Assembly: GCA_036561265.1 (NCBI GenBank)
Contig: DATBPO010000141.1
Span: 1 to 33,137, forward strand
DNA length: 33,137 bases
From: Solirubrobacteraceae bacterium
GTDB taxonomy: Bacteria; Actinomycetota; Thermoleophilia; Solirubrobacterales; Solirubrobacteraceae
Reading direction: 5' to 3'
The first letter of the stretch is position 1; every line of letters starts with the position of its first letter. The translations under genes and the position numbers were made by a program. Positions 16,913-25,349 of this stretch are shown here, one piece after another. Below the pieces are notes generated by a model. That model was not told the DNA's origin. It saw only the letters and a list, made by a program, of their open reading frames with translations, and made no database searches.

Positions 16913-18937
16913 CTAGACGTAGAGCTGGTCGAAGGTGCACTCGCGCGCGGGCTTGTCCTCGCGCCAGCGCCGCAGCTTGGCGCCGTGGCGGATGCGCCCG
17001 GCGCTGACGTGATCGAAGTCGATCTCGACTACCAACTCAGGCCGCAACCCAACCCACTCCAGATCGCGGCCCGCGGTCCAGCGGCTGGGGTCCGCGGAGC
17101 CGTGCTCGCCGGTGGCGTAGGGCGCGAGGAAGTCGACCAGGCGGCGCTTCTCGGCGGCGGTGAGACCAGAGCAGTGGCCCACGACGCGCAACTCGTCGCC
17201 GTCGTAGAGGCCGAGGATGAGGGCGCCGACGGTGCCAGCCTCTTTGCCGGGGCGCCAGCCGGCCACGACGGCATCGATCGTGCGCACGCGCTTGACCTTG
17301 GCCATGCCCCGGCGCTTGCCGGGCTCGTAGATGGCCGACCTGTCCTTGGCCATCGCGCCCTCGGCCGTGGCCAGCCAGCGTTTGGCCTGCTCAGCCGAGT
17401 CCGTCGTCTGCATCAGCTCCACAGGAGCCTGCGCCCACTCGTCGCCCTCCAGCAGTTGCTCTAAGCCGGCGCGGCGCTCGGCGAAGGGACGCTCAAGCCA
17501 GGAGCTATCCCCGAGCGCAAGCAGGTCGAAGACGACATACACGGCCGGGGTCTCCTTGGCGAGACGCTGCACGCGCGAGTCAGCCGGGTGCAGGCGCTGC
17601 TGCAGCGCATCGAAATCCTCGCGCCCGTTCGCGCCACGCACGACGATCTCGCCGTCGAGCACGTAGCGTCCCGACGGAAAGTGCAGCTCGGGGAAGTAGC
17701 GCCCCAGCGGGCGACTGCCGCGCGACTGCAGAAAGACCTCGTCGCCGTCGACGAAGGCCAGGCAGCGAAAGCCGTCGAGCTTGACCTCATACACGTACTG
17801 CTCGCCCTCGGGCAGGGCCTTGCGCGAGAGCGCCAGCTGGGGGGCGAGTGGGGTGGTGAGAGGCAGCGCCACGCGCTTAGGTCCCTCCGTAGCCGAGTCG
17901 CCGTCGCTGCTCCGAGATGCCCTGCCGCCACCAGCGCGCGCACGGCTCGGCTGCACGCGCCGCGGCTCGCCCTTCTGCTTGCGGAAGTGGGGCGGCCAGG
18001 GGGCGTCGCCGAGGCCCTCGCGCTCATCGCGCGCGGCGAGCTCCAGCAGGGAAGCGAGCGAGCCGGCGTGCTCGTCCATGTCCGCCGACGGGTCACCGCG
18101 CTCGCGCAGGCGCGCGGGGACCGTGTCCAGGCGCAGCTCGGCGGGCTCGACATCGGCTACCTCATCCCAGTCAAGCGGGCAGGACACGCGAGCGTCAGCG
18201 ACGGCGCGCACGGAGTAGGCGGAGGCGACGGTGCGGTCGCGGGCGTTCTGGTTGTAGTCGAGGAAGACGCCTTTGCGCTGCTCCTTCCACCAGCGCGTGG
18301 TGGCCTCATCGGGCATGCGCCGCTCGACCTCGCGGGCGAGGGCCAGGGCGGCGCGGCGCACTTCCTTGAAGGGCTGCTCGGGGAGGAGGCGCACGAACAC
18401 GTGCATGCCGCGCGAGCCGGAGGTCTTGGGGTAGCCACGCAGACCGTGCTCCTCCAGCACGTCCTTCACGCACAGCGTCACCTGGCGCACCTGGGCGTAG
18501 GGGATGTCGGGCTGCGGGTCGAGGTCGATGCGTAGCTCGTCGGGGTGATCGAGGTCGGCGCGGCGCACGGGCCAGGGGTTCCAGTCGATCACGCCCAGGT
18601 TGACCCCCCAGACGAGGTGGGCGGCGTCGTTGGGTACGAGCTCGCGCGCGTGGCGGCCGCTGGGGAAAGTGACCACGGCGGTCTGCAGCCACTCGGGAGC
18701 GCTGTCGGGCACGCGCTTCTGAAAGAAGGGCTCGCCGGTCACGCCGTCCACCCAGCGCTTCATCACAGTGGGCCGCTCGCGTAAGTGGCGCACCACCGCC
18801 TCGGAGCACTCGATGTAGTAGTTGATGAGGTCGAGCTTGGTGAAGCCGGGCTCGGGGAAGTAGAGCTTGGAGGGGCTTGAGACGCGCAGCTCCTGGCCGC
18901 AGAGCTCGATCATGATGTGCTCGCCTTTGGGGGGCAT
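16913..18937 (-). CDS. Fused LigD-type polymerase (Prim-PolC-like) and ATP-dependent DNA ligase (LigC-like)
   Basis: N-terminal AEP domain: FFQKR, IDLDP, SGSRGMH, DYNQN, WPPHF..GEPRRVQPS. C-terminal ligase: YEVKLDGFR (adenylated Lys), LDGE, FDLL, EGAMAK, RWREDK. Likely start ATG 18937 (MPPKGEH). Confidence 0.9.
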   Translation of the reverse strand: MPPKGEHIMIELCGQELRVSSPSKLYFPEPGFTKLDLINYYIECSEAVVRHLRERPTVMKRWVDGVTGEPFFQKRVPDSAPEWLQTAVVTFPSGRHARELVPNDAAHLVWGVNLGVIDWNPWPVRRADLDHPDELRIDLDPQPDIPYAQVRQVTLCVKDVLEEHGLRGYPKTSGSRGMHVFVRLLPEQPFKEVRRAALALAREVERRMPDEATTRWWKEQRKGVFLDYNQNARDRTVASAYSVRAVADARVSCPLDWDEVADVEPAELRLDTVPARLRERGDPSADMDEHAGSLASLLELAARDEREGLGDAPWPPHFRKQKGEPRRVQPSRARAGGGRASRSSDGDSATEGPKRVALPLTTPLAPQLALSRKALPEGEQYVYEVKLDGFRCLAFVDGDEVFLQSRGSRPLGRYFPELHFPSGRYVLDGEIVVRGANGREDFDALQQRLHPADSRVQRLAKETPAVYVVFDLLALGDSSWLERPFAERRAGLEQLLEGDEWAQAPVELMQTTDSAEQAKRWLATAEGAMAKDRSAIYEPGKRRGMAKVKRVRTIDAVVAGWRPGKEAGTVGALILGLYDGDELRVVGHCSGLTAAEKRRLVDFLAPYATGEHGSADPSRWTAGRDLEWVGLRPELVVEIDFDHVSAGRIRHGAKLRRWREDKPARECTFDQLYV

Positions 18938-18956
18938 CGTGTAAGGATGACCGACT

Positions 18957-19424
18957 GTGACGCCATCCGTGACCCCGTGCAGCGTGCTCGTCGCCGCAGA
19001 GGACTTCGGCGGGACGCTCGACGCCACCATGGTGGCGCGCGCGATTGACCGGGGGCTGCGCGCCGGCGCGGCTGGGCGAACCGGCGATATGGAGAGCGAC
19101 CCGGGAAGCAAGCTGGAGATCGACCTGTGCCCGATCGCCACGGACTCAGCCAAACTGCGAAGCGATTTCGACGTACGCATGCGCGCCGCGCGAGCCGTGG
19201 TCATCGCTGCTCCCCACCTGGACCACGAGACGCTGCTGCAACGTGGCGCAGCGTGCGAGATCGCCACTCGCGCGCGGCAGGCGGGAGTGCCGTGCTACGC
19301 GGTCGCCGGCAGCAATGCCATGGATCTGTTCGAGTTGCGCATGCTCGATCTGCAGGCGGTGCTCCAGGCCGGCACCTTCATCGAGCTCAGAGCCGCGGGC
19401 GACAAACTGGGCGGCTTGATCTAG
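18957..19424 (+). CDS. Short glycerate kinase (GlxK)-like protein lacking the central domain
   Basis: VLVAAEDFGGTL..VARAIDRGL..IDLCPIA resembles the GlxK N-terminus. LDHETL..GAACEIATRARQAGVPCYAVAG resembles the GlxK C-terminus. Only 155 aa. Confidence 0.6.
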   Translation: MTPSVTPCSVLVAAEDFGGTLDATMVARAIDRGLRAGAAGRTGDMESDPGSKLEIDLCPIATDSAKLRSDFDVRMRAARAVVIAAPHLDHETLLQRGAACEIATRARQAGVPCYAVAGSNAMDLFELRMLDLQAVLQAGTFIELRAAGDKLGGLI

Positions 19425-19425
19425 C

Positions 19426-19460
19426 TTGCCTATTTCCATATATTTTGATAGTTTTATCCA
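19426..19460 (+). promoter_or_regulatory. Leaderless sigma70-type promoter, AT-rich
   Basis: TTGCCT (19426-31), 17 nt, TAGTTT (19449-54), 6 nt, then ATG 19461. Confidence 0.65.
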
Positions 19461-20177
19461 ATGTCGTCGATAGCGTGGCATAACGGCCAGTACGTTGAGC
19501 CCAACCGCAGCACCGTGCGGATGCGCGAGTTTGTGAGCCGAGTGCTCGCAGAAGACGAGCAGCCCGGGGAGGTGCTCGAGGGTGGTTGCGGCGCCGGAGC
19601 CAAGATGCTGCAGCTGTCAGATCTCTTTCCGCAGGCACGCTGGACCGGCGTGGATCTGGATGAGGAGCCCGTGCGGGCGGGGCAGGAACGCTTGGACCCG
19701 CAGCGCTTCACGCTCTTGCAGGGCAACCTGCATGAGCTTGAGCAGACCTTCGGCACGCAGCGCTTTGACATCAGCTTCTCGATCATGACGCTCTCCTGGA
19801 TGGAGGACTATGAGCACGTCGTCGAACAGATGCTCGCGGTGACGCGCAAATGGCTGTTCATCTTCAGCCTCTTCAGCGATACCCAGGTCGACGCGTTCAT
19901 CCGCATTGTTGGCCGCATGCCGGGAACGCAGGAGGGTCTGAGGTCGTTCTACAACGTCTACTCTCTGCCCAGGTTCCTGCGCTTCTGCCACAAACTTGGG
20001 GCTACCGAGGCTGTGACGGAGCCATTCGAAATCGATCTCGACCTCCCCCGTCCGGACCACGGCGGTATGGGCACGTGGACCGTGGGCACGGCCGATGGCC
20101 GGCGCTTACAGTTCAGCGGCCCACTGTCGATGCCCTGGTGGTTCGTTGCGGTGCGGGCCCCGGTTGGTGGTTCATAG
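19461..20177 (+). CDS. Class I SAM-dependent methyltransferase
   Basis: VLEGGCGAG motif I, WTGVD acidic beta2, FDISFS motif. Has its own promoter. Confidence 0.8.
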   Translation: MSSIAWHNGQYVEPNRSTVRMREFVSRVLAEDEQPGEVLEGGCGAGAKMLQLSDLFPQARWTGVDLDEEPVRAGQERLDPQRFTLLQGNLHELEQTFGTQRFDISFSIMTLSWMEDYEHVVEQMLAVTRKWLFIFSLFSDTQVDAFIRIVGRMPGTQEGLRSFYNVYSLPRFLRFCHKLGATEAVTEPFEIDLDLPRPDHGGMGTWTVGTADGRRLQFSGPLSMPWWFVAVRAPVGGS

Positions 20178-21422
20178 GAAGCACCGGCCCTCGCCGCGAT
20201 AGGTGGGCACCTCATCGACCACCCGCTGACCTTCGATCAGATAGAGCCGGTCAAAACGCTCGCAGAGCTCGCCGGCCTTGGTGTGACGGAAGTAGACGCG
20301 GTCCCCCACGCGCAGCGTGTCAGCGGCCTGGCCGAGCAGCGGCGTCTGCACCTCCCCGGCGCCCTCCTGGGCATCGAGGCGCAACCCGCGAGGCAGATGG
20401 GGACTGGGCAGACGCACGCGATCACCGGGGCCGGAGGCCAGGTAGCCGCCTCCGAGCACGGTCACGACACCCGGTCCGGGCCGGCGCACGACGGGCAGCG
20501 CGAACATGGCGGCGGGGCGCAGGCGGAAGGCGCGGTATGCGTCGAAGAGGGTCGGCGAGTACAGCCCCGAACCCGCCGCAAGCTCGGTGATGGCCGCCTC
20601 GCGCGCGGTGCCGAGCAGGCTGCCGGTGCCACCGCCGTTGACGAACTGAAGCGGCGCCACGGCACGCACGGCCTGCACAGCAGCGGCGCGGCGGCGGGCG
20701 AGCTCGCGGGCGGAGGCCAGCTGCAGCAGGCGGATGGCGGCGCCGCGTAGGGGCTTGCCCGGCGGTGCGTCGCCGAGGCCGGCGATCTGTGACTCATAGG
20801 CCATCATCCCCACGAGCTCAAACCCCTCGCGCGCCACGATCGCCCGGGCCAGTGCCGCGGCCTGCGCGGGCGTATGGATGGGCGAGCGCTTGGCTCCCAC
20901 GCGCCCGCGTCCGCGCGGCAGGGGAAAGCCGGCGTCGAGCTCCAGGCAGACCCGCAGCGGCGCGCCCCGCCTGCCGGCCTGCGCCGACAGCGCCGGCCTC
21001 TGCCGACCGACCTGCGATCGCCCAATGGCGGCATCGATCAGGTCCAGGTGCTCGACGCTGTCCACCATCACGCTCACCCGCGTCTCGGGGCGCTCCACCG
21101 TGAGGACTGCAAGCGCCCGCAGCGCCGCGCGGTCGACGCTGGGGTAGGCCACGAGGATGTCCTCTGCTCCGTGCCCGGCCAGCCACAGCGCCTCGGGCAG
21201 AGTGAAGGCCATGGTGCCCGCAAAGCCCGGGCGCTGGAGCACGCGTTCCTGCAGAGCGCGGCAGCGCACGGACTTGCTCGCCAGGCGGATCGGCTTGGGC
21301 GCCGCGCGCCTTTCCATCTCCGCCGCGTTGGCCCAGAAGGCATCGAGGTCGACCAGCGCAAACGGCGGATCCAGCTCGGCGGTGGCGAGCTCGAGGCGGC
21401 CCAAGTCTGCGGCCGAGCTCAC
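20172..21422 (-). CDS. PLP-dependent alanine-racemase-fold enzyme (D-serine dehydratase/amino-acid aldolase-like)
   Basis: IRLASKSVRC (PLP Lys), VAYP, MAYESQIAG, NGGGTGS, ELAAGSG, RHTKAGE, VPTYRGEG. GTG 21422 overlaps the upstream stop (GTGA). Confidence 0.85.
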   Translation of the reverse strand: MSSAADLGRLELATAELDPPFALVDLDAFWANAAEMERRAAPKPIRLASKSVRCRALQERVLQRPGFAGTMAFTLPEALWLAGHGAEDILVAYPSVDRAALRALAVLTVERPETRVSVMVDSVEHLDLIDAAIGRSQVGRQRPALSAQAGRRGAPLRVCLELDAGFPLPRGRGRVGAKRSPIHTPAQAAALARAIVAREGFELVGMMAYESQIAGLGDAPPGKPLRGAAIRLLQLASARELARRRAAAVQAVRAVAPLQFVNGGGTGSLLGTAREAAITELAAGSGLYSPTLFDAYRAFRLRPAAMFALPVVRRPGPGVVTVLGGGYLASGPGDRVRLPSPHLPRGLRLDAQEGAGEVQTPLLGQAADTLRVGDRVYFRHTKAGELCERFDRLYLIEGQRVVDEVPTYRGEGRCFL

Positions 21423-22762
21423 AGGGGTGGCGGGGTGTGGGCGGGTCCTAAGACCCTGTCTGTCCAGGCATTCCCGAAGCGCCCCTGAGGATCGAGCCGC
21501 GCGCGCACCTCCTGAAAGCGTTCCCACTCGGGGTAGCGCTTGCGCAGCGAGGCGGCGGTCTGGAAGTGGCGCTTGCCCCAGTGGGGGCGGCCGCCGAGGT
21601 CGTCCATCACGCTCTCCACGGCGCGGAAGTAGGGCTCCCACTGCATGCCCTTGTACATGTGCACGGCGACGAAGCCGCTGTCGCGCCCAAAGGCCGTGGA
21701 GAGAAAGGCGTCATCCGCGGCAACGGTGCGGACCTCCACGGGGAAGGGCACGGCGAAGCCGTCGTCCTTGACTAGCTGCAGCACACGACGCACGGCCTCG
21801 GGTGTGCGCTCGCGCGGCAGCGAGTACTCCATCTCGGTGAACTTCACCAGGCGCGGCGAGGCGAAGATGCGGTCGGAGCGTTCCACGCGGCGGCTGCTGC
21901 CGGCGAGGCTGACGACGGCGCGGTTGATGTGCGGGATCTGGCCGGGCAGCAGACGCCCCAATCTGCAGAACGTCCCGAAGGCGTGGTTGGTGAGGAGCAC
22001 GTCGTTGGCGTATGCCTTCACGCGCGAGCGCGGGCGGGCGGGCTGGTCGGTGCGATTGTTGGTGCGCGTCAGTGCGGTCTCGGTGTGGGGGAAGACGAAG
22101 AACTCGAAGTGGTCGTTGCTCAGCGCGAGCTCCTCGAAGCGCTCAAGGGTCTGGAGCAGCGGCGCGGGCCGATCGAGGCCCTCCAGCACGAAGGCCGGCA
22201 CGCCGCGCAGGGTCACCTCCGCGACGACGCCCAGCGCGCCCAGACCCACGCGGGCGGCACGGAAGACCTCGGGGTCGTGCTCGGCCGAGCACTCAAGCGA
22301 GGTGCCATCGGCCAGCACCAGCGTCAGCGCCACGACCTGCGAGGGGATGTTGCGCAGACGCGCGCCGGTGCCGTGCGTGGCCGTCGAAATCGCCCCCGCG
22401 ATGCTCTGCACGTCGATGTCCCCTAGGTTCTCCATTGCTAGCCCGTGCTCGGCCAGACGCTGATTGAGCGCGTGGATCGTGATGCCCGCCTGCACCTTCA
22501 CTAGGCCCGCAGAGCGATCGACCTCGAGCACCTGCGCCATCCGGTCGAGCGCCACGAGCACCCCATCGCTGCAGGCGATGTCGCTGAAGGAGTGCCCCGC
22601 GCCGACCACCCGCACCCGCCGACCGGCGGCGCCCGCGCGCACCACCACCTCAGCCAGCTCCGCCAGCGAGGAGGGGTGCTTGATGGCCGCCGGCGCGCAG
22701 CCCTCATCGCCGGCCCAGTTGCGCCACTGCGTACGTGGGTTCCTGTCGTTAGGCTCGCTCAT
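21419..22762 (-). CDS. FAD-linked sugar-lactone oxidase (D-arabinono-/L-gulono-1,4-lactone oxidase family)
   Basis: WRNWAG, GAGHSF (covalent FAD His), STATHGTG, EMEY, GRPHWGK, DPQGRF.N. Confidence 0.9.
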   Translation of the reverse strand: MSEPNDRNPRTQWRNWAGDEGCAPAAIKHPSSLAELAEVVVRAGAAGRRVRVVGAGHSFSDIACSDGVLVALDRMAQVLEVDRSAGLVKVQAGITIHALNQRLAEHGLAMENLGDIDVQSIAGAISTATHGTGARLRNIPSQVVALTLVLADGTSLECSAEHDPEVFRAARVGLGALGVVAEVTLRGVPAFVLEGLDRPAPLLQTLERFEELALSNDHFEFFVFPHTETALTRTNNRTDQPARPRSRVKAYANDVLLTNHAFGTFCRLGRLLPGQIPHINRAVVSLAGSSRRVERSDRIFASPRLVKFTEMEYSLPRERTPEAVRRVLQLVKDDGFAVPFPVEVRTVAADDAFLSTAFGRDSGFVAVHMYKGMQWEPYFRAVESVMDDLGGRPHWGKRHFQTAASLRKRYPEWERFQEVRARLDPQGRFGNAWTDRVLGPAHTPPPL

Positions 22763-22767
22763 CGCAA

Positions 22768-23955
22768 ATGACTGAACCCGAGCCTACAACGCGTCCCGAG
22801 CCAGTGCCAGCAGCCGGCGGGCCGGAGACACCCGCTGTGACGGGGCGTGTGAGTCGCGGGCGCTCGCTGCCCACCCCGGGTGCGCGTCGGGCCACCGTGA
22901 TCGGCGCGGGCTCCTTCGGTACGGCGCTGGCGGTGCTGCTGGCCCGCGGGGGGCTGCGCACGACGCTGCAGGCGCGCACGCCTGAGCAAGCTCAACGACT
23001 GCAAACCGAACATGAGAACAGCGCCTATCTGCCGGGCGTCGAGCTGCCCGCACAGCTGCGCATCGAGTCGACCTCAGCCGGCGTGGCGCGCGCGGATTAT
23101 GTGTTCCTGGCGGTGCCGTCGCACGGCCTGGACGGAGTCATCGCCGGCCTGAAGGGCGCCGGCCTGGGGGCGCGGACGGCGGTGGTGTCCGTCGCCAAAG
23201 GGCTCGTGCCGCCGCAAGGCACGCCCCCGACCGTGATGCTGAGCGCGACCTTCGGCGCGCGGCGCGTGGCCTGCCTGGGTGGTCCGGCGCACGCGCAGGA
23301 GATGGTGCACGCCGGGGCGGCGCTGGTGGCGGCGTCAAGCGATGAGCAGCTGGCGGGCGCGCTGGCGCAGATGTTCACGCGCGCGGGCGTGGTGTGCGAG
23401 CAGTCCAATGACCCGATCGGCGTGGAGCTGGCGGGCGCGGCCAAAAACGCGGCGGCCCTGGCGGCGGGGGCCACGGAGGCACAGGGACTCAACGCGGCGG
23501 GTGCGGCGGCGGGGCACATCTTCGCGGAGGTGTGGCGCTACGCCGAGCAGCTGGGGGCGCGGCCGGAGTCGATGATCGGCCTGGCCGGAGCGGGCGACCT
23601 GGTGGCAACCGCGCTGGCGCGCGAGAGCCGCAACCGCCGCGCGGGGGAGCTGCTGGCGGCGGGCGTGGCGGCAAGCGAGATCCCGGCTCGTATAGGTCAG
23701 GCTGTGGAGGCACTGCAGACGGTGCCGCTGTTGGCGCGAGCGCTGCAGGCTGCGGGCGTGCAGGCGCCGGTGACCACCGCACTTGGCCGGCTCATCGCCG
23801 GCGAGTTGCCCCTGCAGGAGTGGGTGGGCCTAGTACGCGCGACCGTACCGCCTCCAGCCCGCTGGCGGCGCCCGCGGCCGGGGTTTTGGCGGCGCGCCTG
23901 GGGACGGGCGGCTTCAGCATGGCGTCAAACCCAGCTTGACCCTTCGGCTGAGTAA
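22768..23955 (+). CDS. gpsA: NAD(P)H-dependent glycerol-3-phosphate dehydrogenase
   Basis: IGAGSFGTALA, YLPG, AVPS, KGL, KN catalytic Lys, GDLVAT, SRN. Start uncertain. Confidence 0.88.
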   Translation: MTEPEPTTRPEPVPAAGGPETPAVTGRVSRGRSLPTPGARRATVIGAGSFGTALAVLLARGGLRTTLQARTPEQAQRLQTEHENSAYLPGVELPAQLRIESTSAGVARADYVFLAVPSHGLDGVIAGLKGAGLGARTAVVSVAKGLVPPQGTPPTVMLSATFGARRVACLGGPAHAQEMVHAGAALVAASSDEQLAGALAQMFTRAGVVCEQSNDPIGVELAGAAKNAAALAAGATEAQGLNAAGAAAGHIFAEVWRYAEQLGARPESMIGLAGAGDLVATALARESRNRRAGELLAAGVAASEIPARIGQAVEALQTVPLLARALQAAGVQAPVTTALGRLIAGELPLQEWVGLVRATVPPPARWRRPRPGFWRRAWGRAASAWRQTQLDPSAE

Positions 23956-23965
23956 CCAGACGAGG

Positions 23966-24145
23966 CCGGGGGGTGGGCTCCCTTTTTTTCTTTTGATAAC
24001 GATAGTATATATCGCGTAGATACCATCGCTCTCATGTTTTAGATTAGTCAATACCATGGCGCACCGCCACAAAAAAGAGAACCCCAGCGCGGCCCAGCGT
24101 AGATACTATCGTTATCAAGAAACAAAAAAGAGACCCATCTCCCGG
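23966..24145. repeat. AT-rich element bounded by 43-bp imperfect inverted repeats with a 16-bp perfect core
   Basis: Arms 23966-24008 / 24103-24145 match at 34/43. Core TTGATAACGATAGTAT / ATACTATCGTTATCAA. Internal direct copies: 24014-34 vs 24097-117 (18/21), and ACAAAAAAGAGA at 24069 and 24122. Confidence 0.85.
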
Positions 24146-24177
24146 ACCCTTCAACCTCCACCAAGAAGGAGCCTTGT

Positions 24178-24480
24178 ATGCCTAAGCAATCCAAGCGAGC
24201 AAGCCAGGAGAGCGACGCCTACCTTAAGCTCCAGGGCGTCACCTACGACCCCGATGAGTTCTTTGCGCAGGAGAGCCGGCGCGAAAAGATCATCCGGATG
24301 CAGGACACGGTGCGCACCAGTCGCACCGTTCCAATCGCAGTGCGCTTCGACCAGTTCACCCTCAAGCGTCTGAAAGCGCTCGCCGCCCTGCGCAACACCG
24401 GCTATCAGACGCTGCTGAAGGAGTTCGTGGTGGAGCGCCTCTACGAGGAGGAGAAGCGCGAGGGCATCATCGGCTCATAA
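24178..24480 (+). CDS. CopG/BrnA-like ribbon-helix-helix protein (antitoxin-like)
   Basis: Strong SD AAGAAGGAG. PIAVRF..TLKRLKALAALRNTGYQTLLKEFV matches the RHH/'YQT' pattern of BrnA/CopG-type antitoxins. Confidence 0.75.
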   Translation: MPKQSKRASQESDAYLKLQGVTYDPDEFFAQESRREKIIRMQDTVRTSRTVPIAVRFDQFTLKRLKALAALRNTGYQTLLKEFVVERLYEEEKREGIIGS

Positions 24481-25282
24481 GCGTCTGCACGACCGCCTCG
24501 TAGACCCCAGCCCCATGGCCCTCCTGCGCGATGCGTGCGTTCTCATGAGCTGCGATCGCGGTACGGATGCTGGGATCGCGCGCGACGGCGTTGGCGACGA
24601 GCCAGAAGACAGAGACGTGCTCGGCACAGGCGAGATCCTCGCGCGAGTCGCCAACGGCGAAGGTCTCCTCGCGTGCGAGGCCGCGGGCCTGGCGGTGAAA
24701 GGCCACGGCGCTGGCCTTTGAGGCCGAGGCCGGCACGAGGTGGTAGCCGCGCACATGATCGAGCTCGGCGAGCGCCGGTGAGCGGCGGTTGACGACGCCG
24801 TTATCGACCAGCCGCAAATCGTCGTGGCCGTGCGCGGCGAGCAGGCTGTCGACCTCCGCCGCATCCACGAGCCCACGGAAGAGGTGGGAGACCTCGCGCC
24901 CGGCGTGCCAGGGGTCGTGGTACTCCAGGCGCCCGGCGTAGTGCTCCAGCAGCAGCGCGGGCGCGCCGGAGCGCTCGATCTGCTCGGCGATCGAGAGCTC
25001 GCCCGGCAACAGCTCGCCGGTCAGCCAGTACTCCTCGCCCTCCATCACCACGCACGAGCCGGCCTCGTAGATGAAGGCGCTCTGGCCCAGCAGACGGGCG
25101 TCCTCGGCCAATGGCCCGCGGCGGCGGCCGGACATCAGCACGATCTCCACGTCGGCGCGTAGGCAGGCCTGTATGGCACGCACCCCATCGATCGAGACTC
25201 CGCCATCGCCGTCGTGCAGCAGCGAGGCGCCCTTACCCAGCAGCGTGCCATCGAGATCGAGATAAAGGCAGCGCATACTCAT
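24467..25282 (-). CDS. HAD-IIB (Cof/MpgP-like) phosphatase, candidate glucosyl-3-phosphoglycerate phosphatase
   Basis: LDLDGTLL, SGR, SKASA, GDSRED motifs. Lies downstream of gpgS on the same strand. Confidence 0.8.
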   Translation of the reverse strand: MSMRCLYLDLDGTLLGKGASLLHDGDGGVSIDGVRAIQACLRADVEIVLMSGRRRGPLAEDARLLGQSAFIYEAGSCVVMEGEEYWLTGELLPGELSIAEQIERSGAPALLLEHYAGRLEYHDPWHAGREVSHLFRGLVDAAEVDSLLAAHGHDDLRLVDNGVVNRRSPALAELDHVRGYHLVPASASKASAVAFHRQARGLAREETFAVGDSREDLACAEHVSVFWLVANAVARDPSIRTAIAAHENARIAQEGHGAGVYEAVVQTLMSR

Positions 25283-25349
25283 CGCCGTGGCCTCGCCTCG
25301 CAGCGGCCGGCCACGCAGCGACCCAGCTCGCTGCTCCTATCGGCAGCCA

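Noticed and set aside
18938-19267. Extended N-terminus of the polymerase-ligase ORF
   Set aside because: It is antisense to the GlxK-like gene, and the domain begins just after ATG 18937.
23966-23995. Simple intrinsic terminator for gpsA
   Set aside because: The local stem is weak, and the U-tract is better explained as part of the long inverted arm. A terminator role is not excluded.
24056-24373. 105-aa ORF as the missing toxin
   Set aside because: It overlaps the RHH gene out of frame, crosses the repeat arm, has no SD and shows no BrnT-like features.
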